Positions 26,927 through 36,768 are shown, counted from the stretch's first letter. The stretch: 64,000 nucleotides of DNA from Candidatus Elarobacter sp. (GCA_035939295.1 DASZGA010000005.1:1791-65790), one strand, 5' to 3'. The notes: generated by a model not told the origin, from the sequence alone. Translations and numbers: made by a program.

Positions 26927-27685
26927 GTGCTCTCCGTCTTGATACCCGCGCACAACGAAGAAGGCGACATCGGCGCCACCGTCGCGGCGGTCGCCGAACG
27001 CCTGACCGCCGCCGCGATTCCGTTCGAGATCATCGTCGTCGACGACCACTCGAGCGACGGCACCGCGGCCGAGGTCGCGCGCGTCGCAGCGGCCGTCCAG
27101 GGCGTGCGCTGCGTGCCCAACGTGCGGCGCCCGAAGGGGTTCGGCAACGCGATCAGCACCGGGCTGGAAGAGTTCCGCGGCAGCGCGGTCTGCATCGTGA
27201 TGGCCGACGCCTCCGACGACCCGAACGACGTCGTCGCGTACTGGCGCGCGATCGAGGCCGGGTACGACTGTGCCTTCGGCACGCGGTTCACGCGCGCCGC
27301 GCGCGTCGTCGAGTACCCGCTTCCGAAGTTTCTGCTGAACCGCCTCGCGAACGCGTTCATCGCGCTGCTGTTCGGGATGCGCTACAACGACGTGACCAAC
27401 GCCTTCAAGTGCTATCGCCGCGAGGTGATCGCCGGCGTGCAGCCGATCCTCTCGCGCCACTTCAACATCACCGTCGAGCTGCCGCTGAAGGCGATCGTGC
27501 GCGGGTTCACCTGGACCGTCGTGCCGACGAACTGGTTCAACCGCAAGCACGGCGTCTCGAAGTTCAAGATCAAGGAGATGGGCAGCCGGTACTTGTTCAT
27601 CGTGCTCTATGCGCTGATCGAGAAATGGCTCTCGCGCGGCGACTACCGCCGCGACCGGGAAGCCGTGGAGACGCAGGGTCCGTGA
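26927..27685 (+). CDS. GT2 dolichol/polyprenol-phosphate sugar synthase (DPM1-like)
   Basis: SVLIPAHNEE, VDDHSSDGT, GFGNAI..G, MADASDDP, GTRF, DVTNAFK.YRRE, R.HGVSKF. Confidence 0.85.
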   Translation: MLSVLIPAHNEEGDIGATVAAVAERLTAAAIPFEIIVVDDHSSDGTAAEVARVAAAVQGVRCVPNVRRPKGFGNAISTGLEEFRGSAVCIVMADASDDPNDVVAYWRAIEAGYDCAFGTRFTRAARVVEYPLPKFLLNRLANAFIALLFGMRYNDVTNAFKCYRREVIAGVQPILSRHFNITVELPLKAIVRGFTWTVVPTNWFNRKHGVSKFKIKEMGSRYLFIVLYALIEKWLSRGDYRRDREAVETQGP

Positions 27686-28623
27686 GGTTCCTCCAGCGGC
27701 TGTGGCCCGCGGCGCGCCGGCGGTTCCGCCCGGTCGTCCCCGAACGGCCCGTCCGCGCGCCGGCGGTCTTTCGCGCGACGGCGTTCCCGGACGCCGGCCC
27801 GCTGCCGTGGCTCGACCGGCCCGACGCGCTCGATGCGGTCGAGCGCAAGCTGAACCGCGGCGAGATCTCCGCCCGCGAAGCGGAGCTCGCGCGCCGCTGG
27901 GCGTGCGACGGTGCGGTCGTGCTCGAGCGCTTCTTCGACGACGCGCGGCTCGACGCGACGTGGGATGCGTACGAGCGCGCGCTCGAAGCGCGCACCGTGA
28001 CGCCCGACGCCGAAGCGACGGACGCCGACCCGCTGCCCGGCCGCACGCTCAACGCGCACTTCGGCGTCCGCGAGATCGGCGCGCTGCTGCACGACGCCGC
28101 GGTCGTCGAGCTGGTTTCTTTCCTGCTCGGCGCCGAAGCGCTGCCGTTTCAGACCATCATGGGCCACAAGGGCAGCGAGCAGCACCCGCACTCCGACGCG
28201 ATCCACATGACGACCTATCCGCTGGGATATCTCGCCGCCGCCTGGATCGCGTTCGAGGACATCAGCGCCGACGGCGGTCCGCTGGTCTACTACCCCGGAT
28301 CGCACCGGCTTCCGTACGTGTTCTCCGACGACGTCGGCATCTCGGCGGAGGACTTCCAGCGGCTCGGCTACGGGCCGTACGCGGAGCGGTACGAACCGCG
28401 GATCGCCGAGCTGATCGCTTCGGAGCACCTCGAGCCCGTGTACTTCACGCCGCGCAAAGGCGACGTGCTGCTGTGGCACGCGAACCTGCTGCACGGCGGC
28501 TCGTTGCGCGCGCGCCCCGGCTCCTCGCGGCGCGCGCTCGTGTGCCACTACTTCGCGCGCGGCTGCGTGACGTACCACGATCTCTCCGCCGGTCCCTCGC
28601 ACATCTACGCTTCCCAGCGATGA
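27682..28623 (+). CDS. Phytanoyl-CoA dioxygenase (PhyH)-family Fe(II)/2-oxoglutarate dioxygenase
   Basis: GTG 27682 coupled; QHPHSDAIHMTT (HxD), AAWIAFED....GPLVYYPGSH, KGDVLLWHANLLHGG, R.ALVCHYF. Confidence 0.85.
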   Translation: MRFLQRLWPAARRRFRPVVPERPVRAPAVFRATAFPDAGPLPWLDRPDALDAVERKLNRGEISAREAELARRWACDGAVVLERFFDDARLDATWDAYERALEARTVTPDAEATDADPLPGRTLNAHFGVREIGALLHDAAVVELVSFLLGAEALPFQTIMGHKGSEQHPHSDAIHMTTYPLGYLAAAWIAFEDISADGGPLVYYPGSHRLPYVFSDDVGISAEDFQRLGYGPYAERYEPRIAELIASEHLEPVYFTPRKGDVLLWHANLLHGGSLRARPGSSRRALVCHYFARGCVTYHDLSAGPSHIYASQR

Positions 28624-30587
28624 GCGAAGAGCGCGATCCGGAGCTGCTGCGCTACATCGGCCGGCTCGAAGCCGAATGCGAGCAGTTGCGCCGGCGGCTC
28701 GAGCACGTCGACTTGTGGGCGGCGCGGACGCGCGAGGCCGCGGAGTCGGTGCGTCCGCTCCTGCTTTCGATGCAGGAGAGCAAGTTCTGGCGGATGCGCA
28801 ACGCGTGGTTCGCGCTCAAGCACCGGCTCGGGATGCATCCGGAGGGCCCGCAGCCGCCGGTCGACCTGCTGATCGCCGAGTACGAGCCGAACGTCGAGCG
28901 CGGCGCGGCGTACGAGCGCTGGCTGCGCGCGAACGACCTGCGCTCGGCGGACGCCGACGTCGTGCGGCGCATGAGCGACGTGTTGCCGCGCAGGCCGCTC
29001 ATCAGCGTCGTGATGCCGGTCTACGACCCGCCGGAGCGCTACCTGCGCGCCGCGCTGGATTCGGTCGTCGAGCAGCTCTACCCGCACTGGGAGCTGTGCG
29101 TCGCGGACGACGCCTCGACGAACCCGCGCGTACGCGAGGTGCTGCGCGAGTACGCCGCGGACGATCGCGTGAAGCTCGTGCTGCGCGAGCGCAACGGGCA
29201 CATCGCCGAGGCCAGCAACAGCGCGCTCGCGCTCGCGAGCGGCGAGTTCGTCGCGCTGCTCGACCACGACGACGTCCTCGCGCGCGACGCGCTGTTCCAC
29301 GTCGCGCTGGTTGCGAACCGGCACCCCGACGCCGGCTTCATCTACAGCGACGAGGACAAGATCGACGATCTCGGGCGGCGCAGCGAGCCGTATTTCAAGC
29401 CCGAATGGTCGCCCGACTCGCTCCTCGCGCGAATGTACGTGGGCCATCTCGCCGTGTTCCGGCGCACGCTGCTTCAGGAGATCGGCGGGTTTCGCTCCGG
29501 CTTCGAGGGGAGCCAGGACTACGACTTGGTACTGCGCGCGACGGAGCGCACGCAGCGCATTCACCACATCCCGCGCGTTCTCTACCACTGGCGGATCCAT
29601 CCGGAATCGACCGCGGCGTCGGCGGGCTCGAAGGAATACGCGTACGACGCCGGCCGCCGCGCGCTCGAGGAGGCCCTGGCGCGGCGCGGTGAACCGGGAC
29701 GCGTCGACGCGCTCCCCGAGCCCGGCAGCTACGTCGTCCGCTACGCGATCGCGAACCCGGGAAAGGTGAGCGTGATCGTTCCGACGCGCGACCACGGTGA
29801 GGACGTGGAGCGCTGCCTGGGATCGATCTTCGCGCGGGCCGCGTCGTACCCGAACTTCGAGGTGCTGCTGATCGACAACGGTTCGGCCGACCGCGGCTCG
29901 CTGGAGACGTTCGCGCGCTGGGCCGCGCAGGAGCCGCGCGTGCGCGTGCTGCGCTACGACGCGCCGTTCAACTTCGCGCGCATCAACAACGCCGGCGCCG
30001 CCGCGACCGGCGGCGCATATCTGCTCTTCCTCAACAACGACACCGAGGTGGTGAGCGAGGATTGGCTGCACGCGATGGTCGAGTACGCGCAGCGCCCGAG
30101 CATCGGTGCCGTCGGCGCCAAGCTGCTCTATCCCGACGGAACCGTGCAGCACGCCGGGGTCGTCACCGGAATCGGCGGCGTCGCAGGCCACGCGCACAAG
30201 TACGCCGACGCGAACGCCGGCGGCTACTTCAACACGTTGCGCACCGTGAACAACTACTCGGCCGTCACCGGCGCTTGCCTGATGGTGCGGCGCGACGCGT
30301 TCGACCGCGCGGGCGGCTTCGACGAACGGCTCGCGGTCGCGTACAACGACGTCGACTTCTGTCTGAAGCTCCGCGAGTCGGGGCTGTACAACGTCTACCT
30401 CGCGCACGTCGTCCTCGTTCACCACGAGTCGAAGAGCCGCGGCTACGAGGAAGGCGCCGAGAAGCTCGCGCGGTTCGCGGCCGAGCGGCAGCTGATGGAG
30501 GCTCGCTGGCGCTGCGCGGAGCTCGGCGATCCGCATTACAGCCCGCACCTCTCGCTGACCACGGAGGACTTTTCGCTGCGCGCTTGA
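28620..30587 (+). CDS. Tandem GT2-GT2 glycosyltransferase (RfbC/WsaE-like, possible rhamnosyltransferase) with N-terminal coiled coil
   Basis: ATG 28620 coupled; ISVVMPVYDP, ADDAS, LLDHDDVL, YSDEDKID, FKPEWSPD, SQDYDL, HIPRVLYHWR; second GT2 with LNNDTEV, AVTGACL, NDVDFCLKL. Confidence 0.9.
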   Translation: MSEERDPELLRYIGRLEAECEQLRRRLEHVDLWAARTREAAESVRPLLLSMQESKFWRMRNAWFALKHRLGMHPEGPQPPVDLLIAEYEPNVERGAAYERWLRANDLRSADADVVRRMSDVLPRRPLISVVMPVYDPPERYLRAALDSVVEQLYPHWELCVADDASTNPRVREVLREYAADDRVKLVLRERNGHIAEASNSALALASGEFVALLDHDDVLARDALFHVALVANRHPDAGFIYSDEDKIDDLGRRSEPYFKPEWSPDSLLARMYVGHLAVFRRTLLQEIGGFRSGFEGSQDYDLVLRATERTQRIHHIPRVLYHWRIHPESTAASAGSKEYAYDAGRRALEEALARRGEPGRVDALPEPGSYVVRYAIANPGKVSVIVPTRDHGEDVERCLGSIFARAASYPNFEVLLIDNGSADRGSLETFARWAAQEPRVRVLRYDAPFNFARINNAGAAATGGAYLLFLNNDTEVVSEDWLHAMVEYAQRPSIGAVGAKLLYPDGTVQHAGVVTGIGGVAGHAHKYADANAGGYFNTLRTVNNYSAVTGACLMVRRDAFDRAGGFDERLAVAYNDVDFCLKLRESGLYNVYLAHVVLVHHESKSRGYEEGAEKLARFAAERQLMEARWRCAELGDPHYSPHLSLTTEDFSLRA

Positions 30588-30665
30588 TTCGGCGTACCGG
30601 TCAGGAGGAGGCTTTCCCTGAACGCCCTATTTAGACGATGGCCGTTCCGAGCGGCACTTTTTACG

Positions 30666-31472
30666 ATGGCTACAACAATTTACCAACCGATGACGAGCGG
30701 CGGCTTGGGCCGCCTCGGCGACCTCATCCGCATCACGGCCTTCCGAACGCTGAAGGTGCGATATCGCGGGACCGCGCTCGGCATCCTGTGGTCGTTCATG
30801 AACCCGGTGCTGATGACGGCGGTCTACACGGCGATCTTCGGAACCGCGTTCAGCCGGTACTACGACGGTTCGGTCGCCCGCTACGTCCTCTCGGCATTCG
30901 TCGGCCTGGTCGTCGTGACGTTCTTCGTCAACGCGACGAGCGAAGCGCTCGGCACCATCGTCGCGAACGGACAGCTGCTGAACAAGATCGCCGTGCCGCC
31001 GGTGATCTTCCCGATCGCGTCGGTGGTCTCGAACCTCTTCCAGCACGCCGTCACGACGTTCCCGATCGTGTTCGTCGTCTCGATCCTGATCACGCACGAT
31101 CCGGTGCGGGTGGCGCTCGTCCCGGTGGTGCTGCTGGCCGTGGTCATGCTGGTGACGGGGTTGTCGCTCGCGCTCTCGGCGCTCTACGTGTTCTTCCGCG
31201 ACCTGCCGCATCTGTGGAGCATCGTCGGCTTCATCCTCTGGCTGACGAGCCCGCTGTTCTATCCGATCGAGTTCGTGCCGGCGAGCGTGCGCCCGTACTA
31301 CGACCTGAACCCGATCGGCGCGGCGATCACCGCGCTGCGCGAGGTCGCGCTGACGCGCGGACCGCTCCATCCGGCTCCGATCCTGTTCGCGCTCTCGGCC
31401 GGCGCCGGCGCGCTCGTGCTCGGCGCAGCGTTCTTCCGCGCGACGCGCCGCGATTTCATGGACCTGATCTGA
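30666..31472 (+). CDS. wzm: ABC polysaccharide exporter permease
   Basis: LKVRYRGTALGILWSFMNP, six TM helices, FRDL.HL, W.TSPLFYP, LNPI. Confidence 0.92.
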   Translation: MATTIYQPMTSGGLGRLGDLIRITAFRTLKVRYRGTALGILWSFMNPVLMTAVYTAIFGTAFSRYYDGSVARYVLSAFVGLVVVTFFVNATSEALGTIVANGQLLNKIAVPPVIFPIASVVSNLFQHAVTTFPIVFVVSILITHDPVRVALVPVVLLAVVMLVTGLSLALSALYVFFRDLPHLWSIVGFILWLTSPLFYPIEFVPASVRPYYDLNPIGAAITALREVALTRGPLHPAPILFALSAGAGALVLGAAFFRATRRDFMDLI

Positions 31473-32455
31473 TGGCGGCGGCGATCGAGCTGACCGACGT
31501 CACGCTGCTGCGCCGCACGCAGGAAGAGTTCCACTACGATCTCAAGCGGACGTTCTTCGATCTGCTGCGCGGCCGCATGCGGCGCGCTCGCCGCCGAACC
31601 GTGCTCGACCGCGTCTCGGTGCGGGTGGAGCGCGGCGAGAAGGTCGCGCTGATCGGCCCCAACGGCAGCGGCAAGTCGACGCTGCTCAAGGTCATCGCCA
31701 ACGTGCTGCTCCCGACCCGCGGGTCGGTGCGCGTGCGCGGAACGCTCTCGCCGCTGATCGAGCTGGGCGTCGGGTTCGAGCCGGAGCTCTCGCTGGTCGA
31801 CAACATCGTGTACTACGGCGTGCTGCTCGGTCACGACGAGGAGACGGTGCGCGCCAACGTCGACGGGATCCTCGAGTTCGCCGAGCTCGGCGAGATGCGC
31901 GACGCGCCGACGAAGACGCTCTCCTCCGGGATGGGCGCGCGCCTCGCGTTCGCGATCGCGACGCAGTTCCGGCCCGACGTCCTGCTCTTGGACGAAGTGC
32001 TCGCGGTCGGTGACGAGCATTTCCGGCGCAAGTGCGCCGCGCGCCTCGAGCGCTTCTGGGACGCGCACTCGACGATCGTCGTCGTGTCGCATGACATGGG
32101 GTACATCCTGCGAACGTGCGAACGCTTGGTCTGGGTCGACCACGGCGCGGTGCATTTCGACGGTCCGGTGGCGCACGGCGTCGAGCGGTACTTGGCGACG
32201 ATCCCGTCCGGCAACGGGTTCGCGCGCGGCGAGGAGCTCATCGCCGTCGCGCAGCGCGCACCGCGCGGAGAGATCGTCGTCCGGGGAACCTCGCCGACCG
32301 ATCAGGGGCGCAAGGTGTTTCTCATTCGCGACGGACGCCGCCATTGGGTGACCTCGCAAGAATGGTACGCGAAGTGCGGCTACGGTTGGGACGATATTCT
32401 GCACGTCGACGACACCGCGATCCTGGAAATCCCCGAAGGCGAGGTCCTGGCCTAA
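31472..32455 (+). CDS. wzt: ABC polysaccharide exporter ATPase with a short atypical C-terminal domain
   Basis: TGATG coupling; GPNGSGKST Walker A, LSSGMGARLAF signature, VLLLDEVLAVGD Walker B, VSH. Confidence 0.92.
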   Translation: MAAAIELTDVTLLRRTQEEFHYDLKRTFFDLLRGRMRRARRRTVLDRVSVRVERGEKVALIGPNGSGKSTLLKVIANVLLPTRGSVRVRGTLSPLIELGVGFEPELSLVDNIVYYGVLLGHDEETVRANVDGILEFAELGEMRDAPTKTLSSGMGARLAFAIATQFRPDVLLLDEVLAVGDEHFRRKCAARLERFWDAHSTIVVVSHDMGYILRTCERLVWVDHGAVHFDGPVAHGVERYLATIPSGNGFARGEELIAVAQRAPRGEIVVRGTSPTDQGRKVFLIRDGRRHWVTSQEWYAKCGYGWDDILHVDDTAILEIPEGEVLA

Positions 32456-32516
32456 CCGCGCGCTCGCCGCGGCGCGCCAGGATGCTGCCGGGCAGGCGGA
32501 CAAATTCGCGGGCATC

Positions 32517-33707
32517 GTGGATACGCGGACTCAGCCGGTAGCGAACAAAACTCCGATCGCGGTCGTCGACACGATCCACGACGAGTTCGGCCGGCGCGTC
32601 AGCGTGGCGCCCAAGGACGTTCGCGTCGTGCTGTGCGGTTGGGCGCTCGACGCGCGCGCGCAGCCGTTCGGCGTCATCGAAGCGGCGATCGGCGGCGCGA
32701 CGGGCGAAGCTCCGTGTACCATCCGGCGTCCGGACGTCGCGGAGCTGTACGGATCGCCGCCGATGGTCGGTTACCGGATCGAGCTCGGGCTCGCCGGCGC
32801 CGCGCTGGGCCACCACCCCGTCGCATTGACCGGACGGCGGCCGGACGGCACGCGGGAACGGATCCCGCTCGCGGTCTCGCTCGACGTCGTGCCGCCGCTG
32901 CGCTCCCTGCCTCAGAATCTCGTCACCGGCGCGGTAACGGGATACGTCGACGAGATCGGCGCCGAGTGCGCCGACACCGCGCTGCCGGATTCCGGCGGCG
33001 CACCGGTCGTCGCAACCGGCGGAACGATCGTCGTGCGCGGCTGGGCCGCCGCACCCGACCGCGTACCGCATACGATGGCGTACGCGGAGATCGACGGCCG
33101 GCACGTCGTTCGGGGAATGAGCGGGTACGCGCGCCCCGACGTCGCGAACGCGTTGGGAACCGAGCGCGCCGACTACGGATTTCGGATTCGGATTCCCGCC
33201 GATGAAGCGGGTGTCGGCGATCACGTGCTGCGCGTGTACGCGGTCGCGGACGACACGATCGGGCAGGTCGGTGAGGACCGGCGCATCGTCGTCGTCCGGG
33301 CAGCACCGGCGAACGTCTACGAGAACCCGCCGCGCATCGCCGGCGGCATCGACGTGGTGGGCCGGCTCGGCGGCGGTACGGCGCTCGTCGAAGAGCGCCC
33401 GCGGCTCCGGCTGCGGCCGAACGAACGCGCGGTGATCACCGGCTGGGCCGGCGACCCGGCGCGCGGCGTGCAGCCCAACCGCGTGGTGCTCGCGGTCGAC
33501 GGTGTCGCCCACGGTCCCGTCCAGCGCGGAATCGATCGCGCCGACGTCGCGGCCGCGACCGGGAGCGAGTGGTTGCGGTCGAGCGGCTTTTCGGCGGTCG
33601 TGCGGGCGGAAACGTTGGCGCCGGGTTTTCATCGCGCGGAGATGATCGCGGTCTACGGCCAGGAACCCGTCATCTTCGACGCGTTCTCGTTCGAGATCGG
33701 CGGATAA
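32517..33707 (+). CDS. Hypothetical protein with three Ig-like GW..RPDV..G(F/Y)..GxH repeats, no signal peptide
   Basis: Repeats LCGWALD..RRPDVA..VGY..LGHH; VRGWAAA..ARPDVA..YGF..VGDH; ITGWAGD..DRADVA..SGF..PGFH. Confidence 0.75.
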   Translation: MDTRTQPVANKTPIAVVDTIHDEFGRRVSVAPKDVRVVLCGWALDARAQPFGVIEAAIGGATGEAPCTIRRPDVAELYGSPPMVGYRIELGLAGAALGHHPVALTGRRPDGTRERIPLAVSLDVVPPLRSLPQNLVTGAVTGYVDEIGAECADTALPDSGGAPVVATGGTIVVRGWAAAPDRVPHTMAYAEIDGRHVVRGMSGYARPDVANALGTERADYGFRIRIPADEAGVGDHVLRVYAVADDTIGQVGEDRRIVVVRAAPANVYENPPRIAGGIDVVGRLGGGTALVEERPRLRLRPNERAVITGWAGDPARGVQPNRVVLAVDGVAHGPVQRGIDRADVAAATGSEWLRSSGFSAVVRAETLAPGFHRAEMIAVYGQEPVIFDAFSFEIGG

Positions 33708-33708
33708 C

Positions 33709-35952
33709 GTGGCAGCGTCTGATTTCGGTCTGCGGCGCATCGCCGCGGCCATCGCTCGGCGGCTGCGCGCCGCGCTCGGAATTCCCGCGCGCACCCGTCC
33801 GCGGCGCGGCGAGGACGTCGCGGCGAGCGCTCTGGCCGATTGGCGCCGATACGCCGAAGAGCTCGAGCGCGCGCTCGCGGTGCCCCGGCCGGTGTCGGTG
33901 ACGGGTCCGGGGATCCGCTACGATATCCGGCTGCCCGCCGGCGACGCGCCGGGCGAAGACGGGCGCCCGGTGGCTGGATTCGCGCTCGACGCCGGCGCGG
34001 CGAAAGGCCCGCTGGTTACCGTCATCATCCCGGTGTACAACGACGTCGACATGACGATGGCGTGCCTGCGGTCGCTCTCGGAGCATTCGCCGGCCGAGGT
34101 GCGGGTGGAATACGTCGTCGTCGACGACGCGTCGACGACCGACGTCATCGGACGGTTCGCCTGTGTCGACGGCGTGACGCTGCTTCGCAACGGCGTCAAC
34201 CTGGGCTTTCTCCGCACCTGCAATCGCGCGGCGCTGCTTTCCGAAGCCGACTACCTGGTGTTCCTCAACAACGACACGCTGGTCCGCGAGGGCTGGCTCG
34301 ACGCGCTGGTGCGGGTCGCCGAGCAGGATCCGCGCGTCGGCGTCGTCGGATCGAAGCTGATCTTCCCCGACGGCACGCTGCAGGAGGCGGGGGGACTGAT
34401 CTGGCGCGACGCCAGCGGCTGGAACTACGGGCGCGGCTCGCGAGCCGACGACCCGAGCTACTCGTACGTTCGCGACGCCGACTACTGCTCCGGTGCGGCG
34501 CTGCTCGTGCGGCGCTCCCTCTTCGAGCAGTTAGGCGGTTTCGACGTCCGCTATGCTCCGGCGTATTTCGAGGACAGCGACTTGTGCTTCGCGGCGCGGC
34601 AGGCCGGCTTCCGCGTCGTCTACCAGCCGCTGTCCGTCGTCGTCCACCTCGAGGGCGGCACGGGCGGAACGGATACCGGCGCCGGCGTGAAGCATCATCA
34701 AGTGCTGAACTTGCCGAAGTTCCGCCAAAAATGGTTCGACGTGCTCGAGACGCAGCATTTCGTGCACGACGCGGCGCTGGCGCCGCGCGCGGCGCGCCGG
34801 CTGCAGGGTTCGCGCACGCTGGTCATGATCGACAACTACGTCCCGGAGCCCGACCACGACTCCGGCTCGAACAAAAATTTTCAGATCATCCGGCTGCTGC
34901 GCGAGCTCGGATGGCACGTCATCTTCATGCCCGACAACTATCACGCGTCGCAGCCGTATACCACGAACCTGCAGCAGCTCGGCGTCGAGGTTCTCTACCA
35001 CATCGACGGCGGTCCGCCGCCGAGCACGAGACTGCGCGACGCGCTCGCCATCGCGGATCTGGTCTGGACCGGCCGCCCGGACATCTTCTCGAAGTACCGT
35101 CCCGAGCTCGAGCGTTTTCCCGATCTTCCGATCATCTACGACACCCACGACCTGCACTACGTTCGGTTGGCGCGCGAGCTCGAGCTGCGCGGCGACGAGG
35201 CCACGGCCACCGACCGTCTGGAGCAAGCCGAAACCAAGCGCCTCGAGCTCGAGATCGCCCGCCACGTCGACGTCACGCTTGCGATCACCGACATCGAGAA
35301 GCGCATCCTCGAGTCCGAAGGGATCGACAACGCCCGCCTGTTCCCCAACATCCACCTGGCGCGCCCGCGCACGCGGACGTTCGAACAGACCGACGGGATC
35401 ATCTTCATCGGCGGCTACCGCCACAGCCCGAACGTGGACGCGGCGGAGTGGCTGCTGGAGGCGATCATGCCGTCGGTGTGGGACGATTTTCCCTCGCTGA
35501 CGGTGACGCTGCTCGGCTCGAACCCGCCCGACCGGGTGTGGAATCTCGCGCGCGACCGCCGCGTCCACGTCACCGGGTTCATCCACGACGTCGGTCCGTA
35601 CTTCGAGGCCGCGCGCGTGTTCGTCGCGCCGCTGCGGTACGGAGCCGGGCTGAAAGGCAAGGTCGGGCAGAGCTTGGAGTACGGCTTGCCGCTGGTGACC
35701 ACGTCGATCGGCGCCGAGGGCTTCGACTTCGTCGACGGCAAGGATGCGCTGATCGCCGACCTGCCCGAGGCGTTCGCCGCGGCGGTGAAGCGCCTCTATT
35801 CCGACCGCGTGCTGTGGTCGCGCATGTCCGGCGCCGGCACCGCGAAGCTGGCGCCGTTCCTGCCGGAACGCGCCAAGGAACGGCTGGCGGAGATCACCGC
35901 CGAAGCCGTGAGACGGCGCCGCTCGCGGCGTTCGGAGCTGCTGCGCGCCTAG
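33709..35952 (+). CDS. GT2-GT4 fusion glycosyltransferase
   Basis: VTVIIPVYND, VDDAST, NLGFLRTCN, LNNDT, LQEAGG..W, YCSGAAL, YFEDSDLC; then PEPDHDSGS, DTHDL, GGYRHSPNVDA, APLRYGAGLKGKV. Confidence 0.9.
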   Translation: MAASDFGLRRIAAAIARRLRAALGIPARTRPRRGEDVAASALADWRRYAEELERALAVPRPVSVTGPGIRYDIRLPAGDAPGEDGRPVAGFALDAGAAKGPLVTVIIPVYNDVDMTMACLRSLSEHSPAEVRVEYVVVDDASTTDVIGRFACVDGVTLLRNGVNLGFLRTCNRAALLSEADYLVFLNNDTLVREGWLDALVRVAEQDPRVGVVGSKLIFPDGTLQEAGGLIWRDASGWNYGRGSRADDPSYSYVRDADYCSGAALLVRRSLFEQLGGFDVRYAPAYFEDSDLCFAARQAGFRVVYQPLSVVVHLEGGTGGTDTGAGVKHHQVLNLPKFRQKWFDVLETQHFVHDAALAPRAARRLQGSRTLVMIDNYVPEPDHDSGSNKNFQIIRLLRELGWHVIFMPDNYHASQPYTTNLQQLGVEVLYHIDGGPPPSTRLRDALAIADLVWTGRPDIFSKYRPELERFPDLPIIYDTHDLHYVRLARELELRGDEATATDRLEQAETKRLELEIARHVDVTLAITDIEKRILESEGIDNARLFPNIHLARPRTRTFEQTDGIIFIGGYRHSPNVDAAEWLLEAIMPSVWDDFPSLTVTLLGSNPPDRVWNLARDRRVHVTGFIHDVGPYFEAARVFVAPLRYGAGLKGKVGQSLEYGLPLVTTSIGAEGFDFVDGKDALIADLPEAFAAAVKRLYSDRVLWSRMSGAGTAKLAPFLPERAKERLAEITAEAVRRRRSRRSELLRA

Positions 35953-35958
35953 CCCGTC

Positions 35959-36711
35959 TCAGAGATCGCGGCGCTGCGCGATGATGTAGGTGCTGAACCC
36001 CAGCAGCAGCCAGACGCCGTACGTCGTGGTCTCTTCGTCGAAGTACTTGTAGCCGTAGCTGATGAGCTGCGGGGCGAGAAAGTCGTTCGCGATCATCCCC
36101 GACGCCACGATGTCGAAGCCGCTGTCGATCAGCCGCGCTTTGGTCTCTTCGGGCTGAAGCGCGCTCAGATGCGTGCCGTCGTCGAAAAAGTTGATCGTGC
36201 TCGTCTTCAAGCCCAGCCCCGCGAGCATGCTCGCGCGGGGGAAGCGCGTCGAAGCGGGATGCGGCCATTCGATGTACGCTTTGGCGCCCGGCTTGAGAAC
36301 GCGGCGCAGCTCGCCGAGCAAGGCGCGCTGATCGCCGACGTGTTCGATGACGTGGGAAAGAACCGCGGCGTCGAACGTCGCGTCGTCGAACTTGGTGCGC
36401 TTGGCGGCGGGATCGATCAGCTCGAAGTCGGCGTAGCGGTCGAAGTACTCGCCCTCGAACAAATCGATCGCGTACATGCGCAGGTCGTCACGGACCGGCG
36501 AGCCCCATTCTTTCCAAACCGCGAGCCCGCCGGAACCTGCGCCGATATCGAGCAGCGCCGCATCCCGCTTCACCGATTTGAAGAAGCAGTAGCGCGGATG
36601 CGCCGCCCAGTAGTCGGCGATCAGAGCATCGCGTGACGACAGCGGTTCCACCAGCGGCACCTCGAACGAGGTCCCGTACCCGCTCGGAATTCTCAGTGCG
36701 GCCTGCTGCAT
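35959..36711 (-). CDS. Class I SAM-dependent methyltransferase
   Basis: LLDIGAGSG, FDDATFDAAVLSHVIEHV, RRVLKPGA; GAGG SD before ATG 36711. Confidence 0.85.
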   Translation of the reverse strand: MQQAALRIPSGYGTSFEVPLVEPLSSRDALIADYWAAHPRYCFFKSVKRDAALLDIGAGSGGLAVWKEWGSPVRDDLRMYAIDLFEGEYFDRYADFELIDPAAKRTKFDDATFDAAVLSHVIEHVGDQRALLGELRRVLKPGAKAYIEWPHPASTRFPRASMLAGLGLKTSTINFFDDGTHLSALQPEETKARLIDSGFDIVASGMIANDFLAPQLISYGYKYFDEETTTYGVWLLLGFSTYIIAQRRDL

Positions 36712-36768
36712 ACCTCGCTCGTTGGTCGGCCCGAACCCCTCGACCTGCGCTCGGTCACCAGCGCTCCG

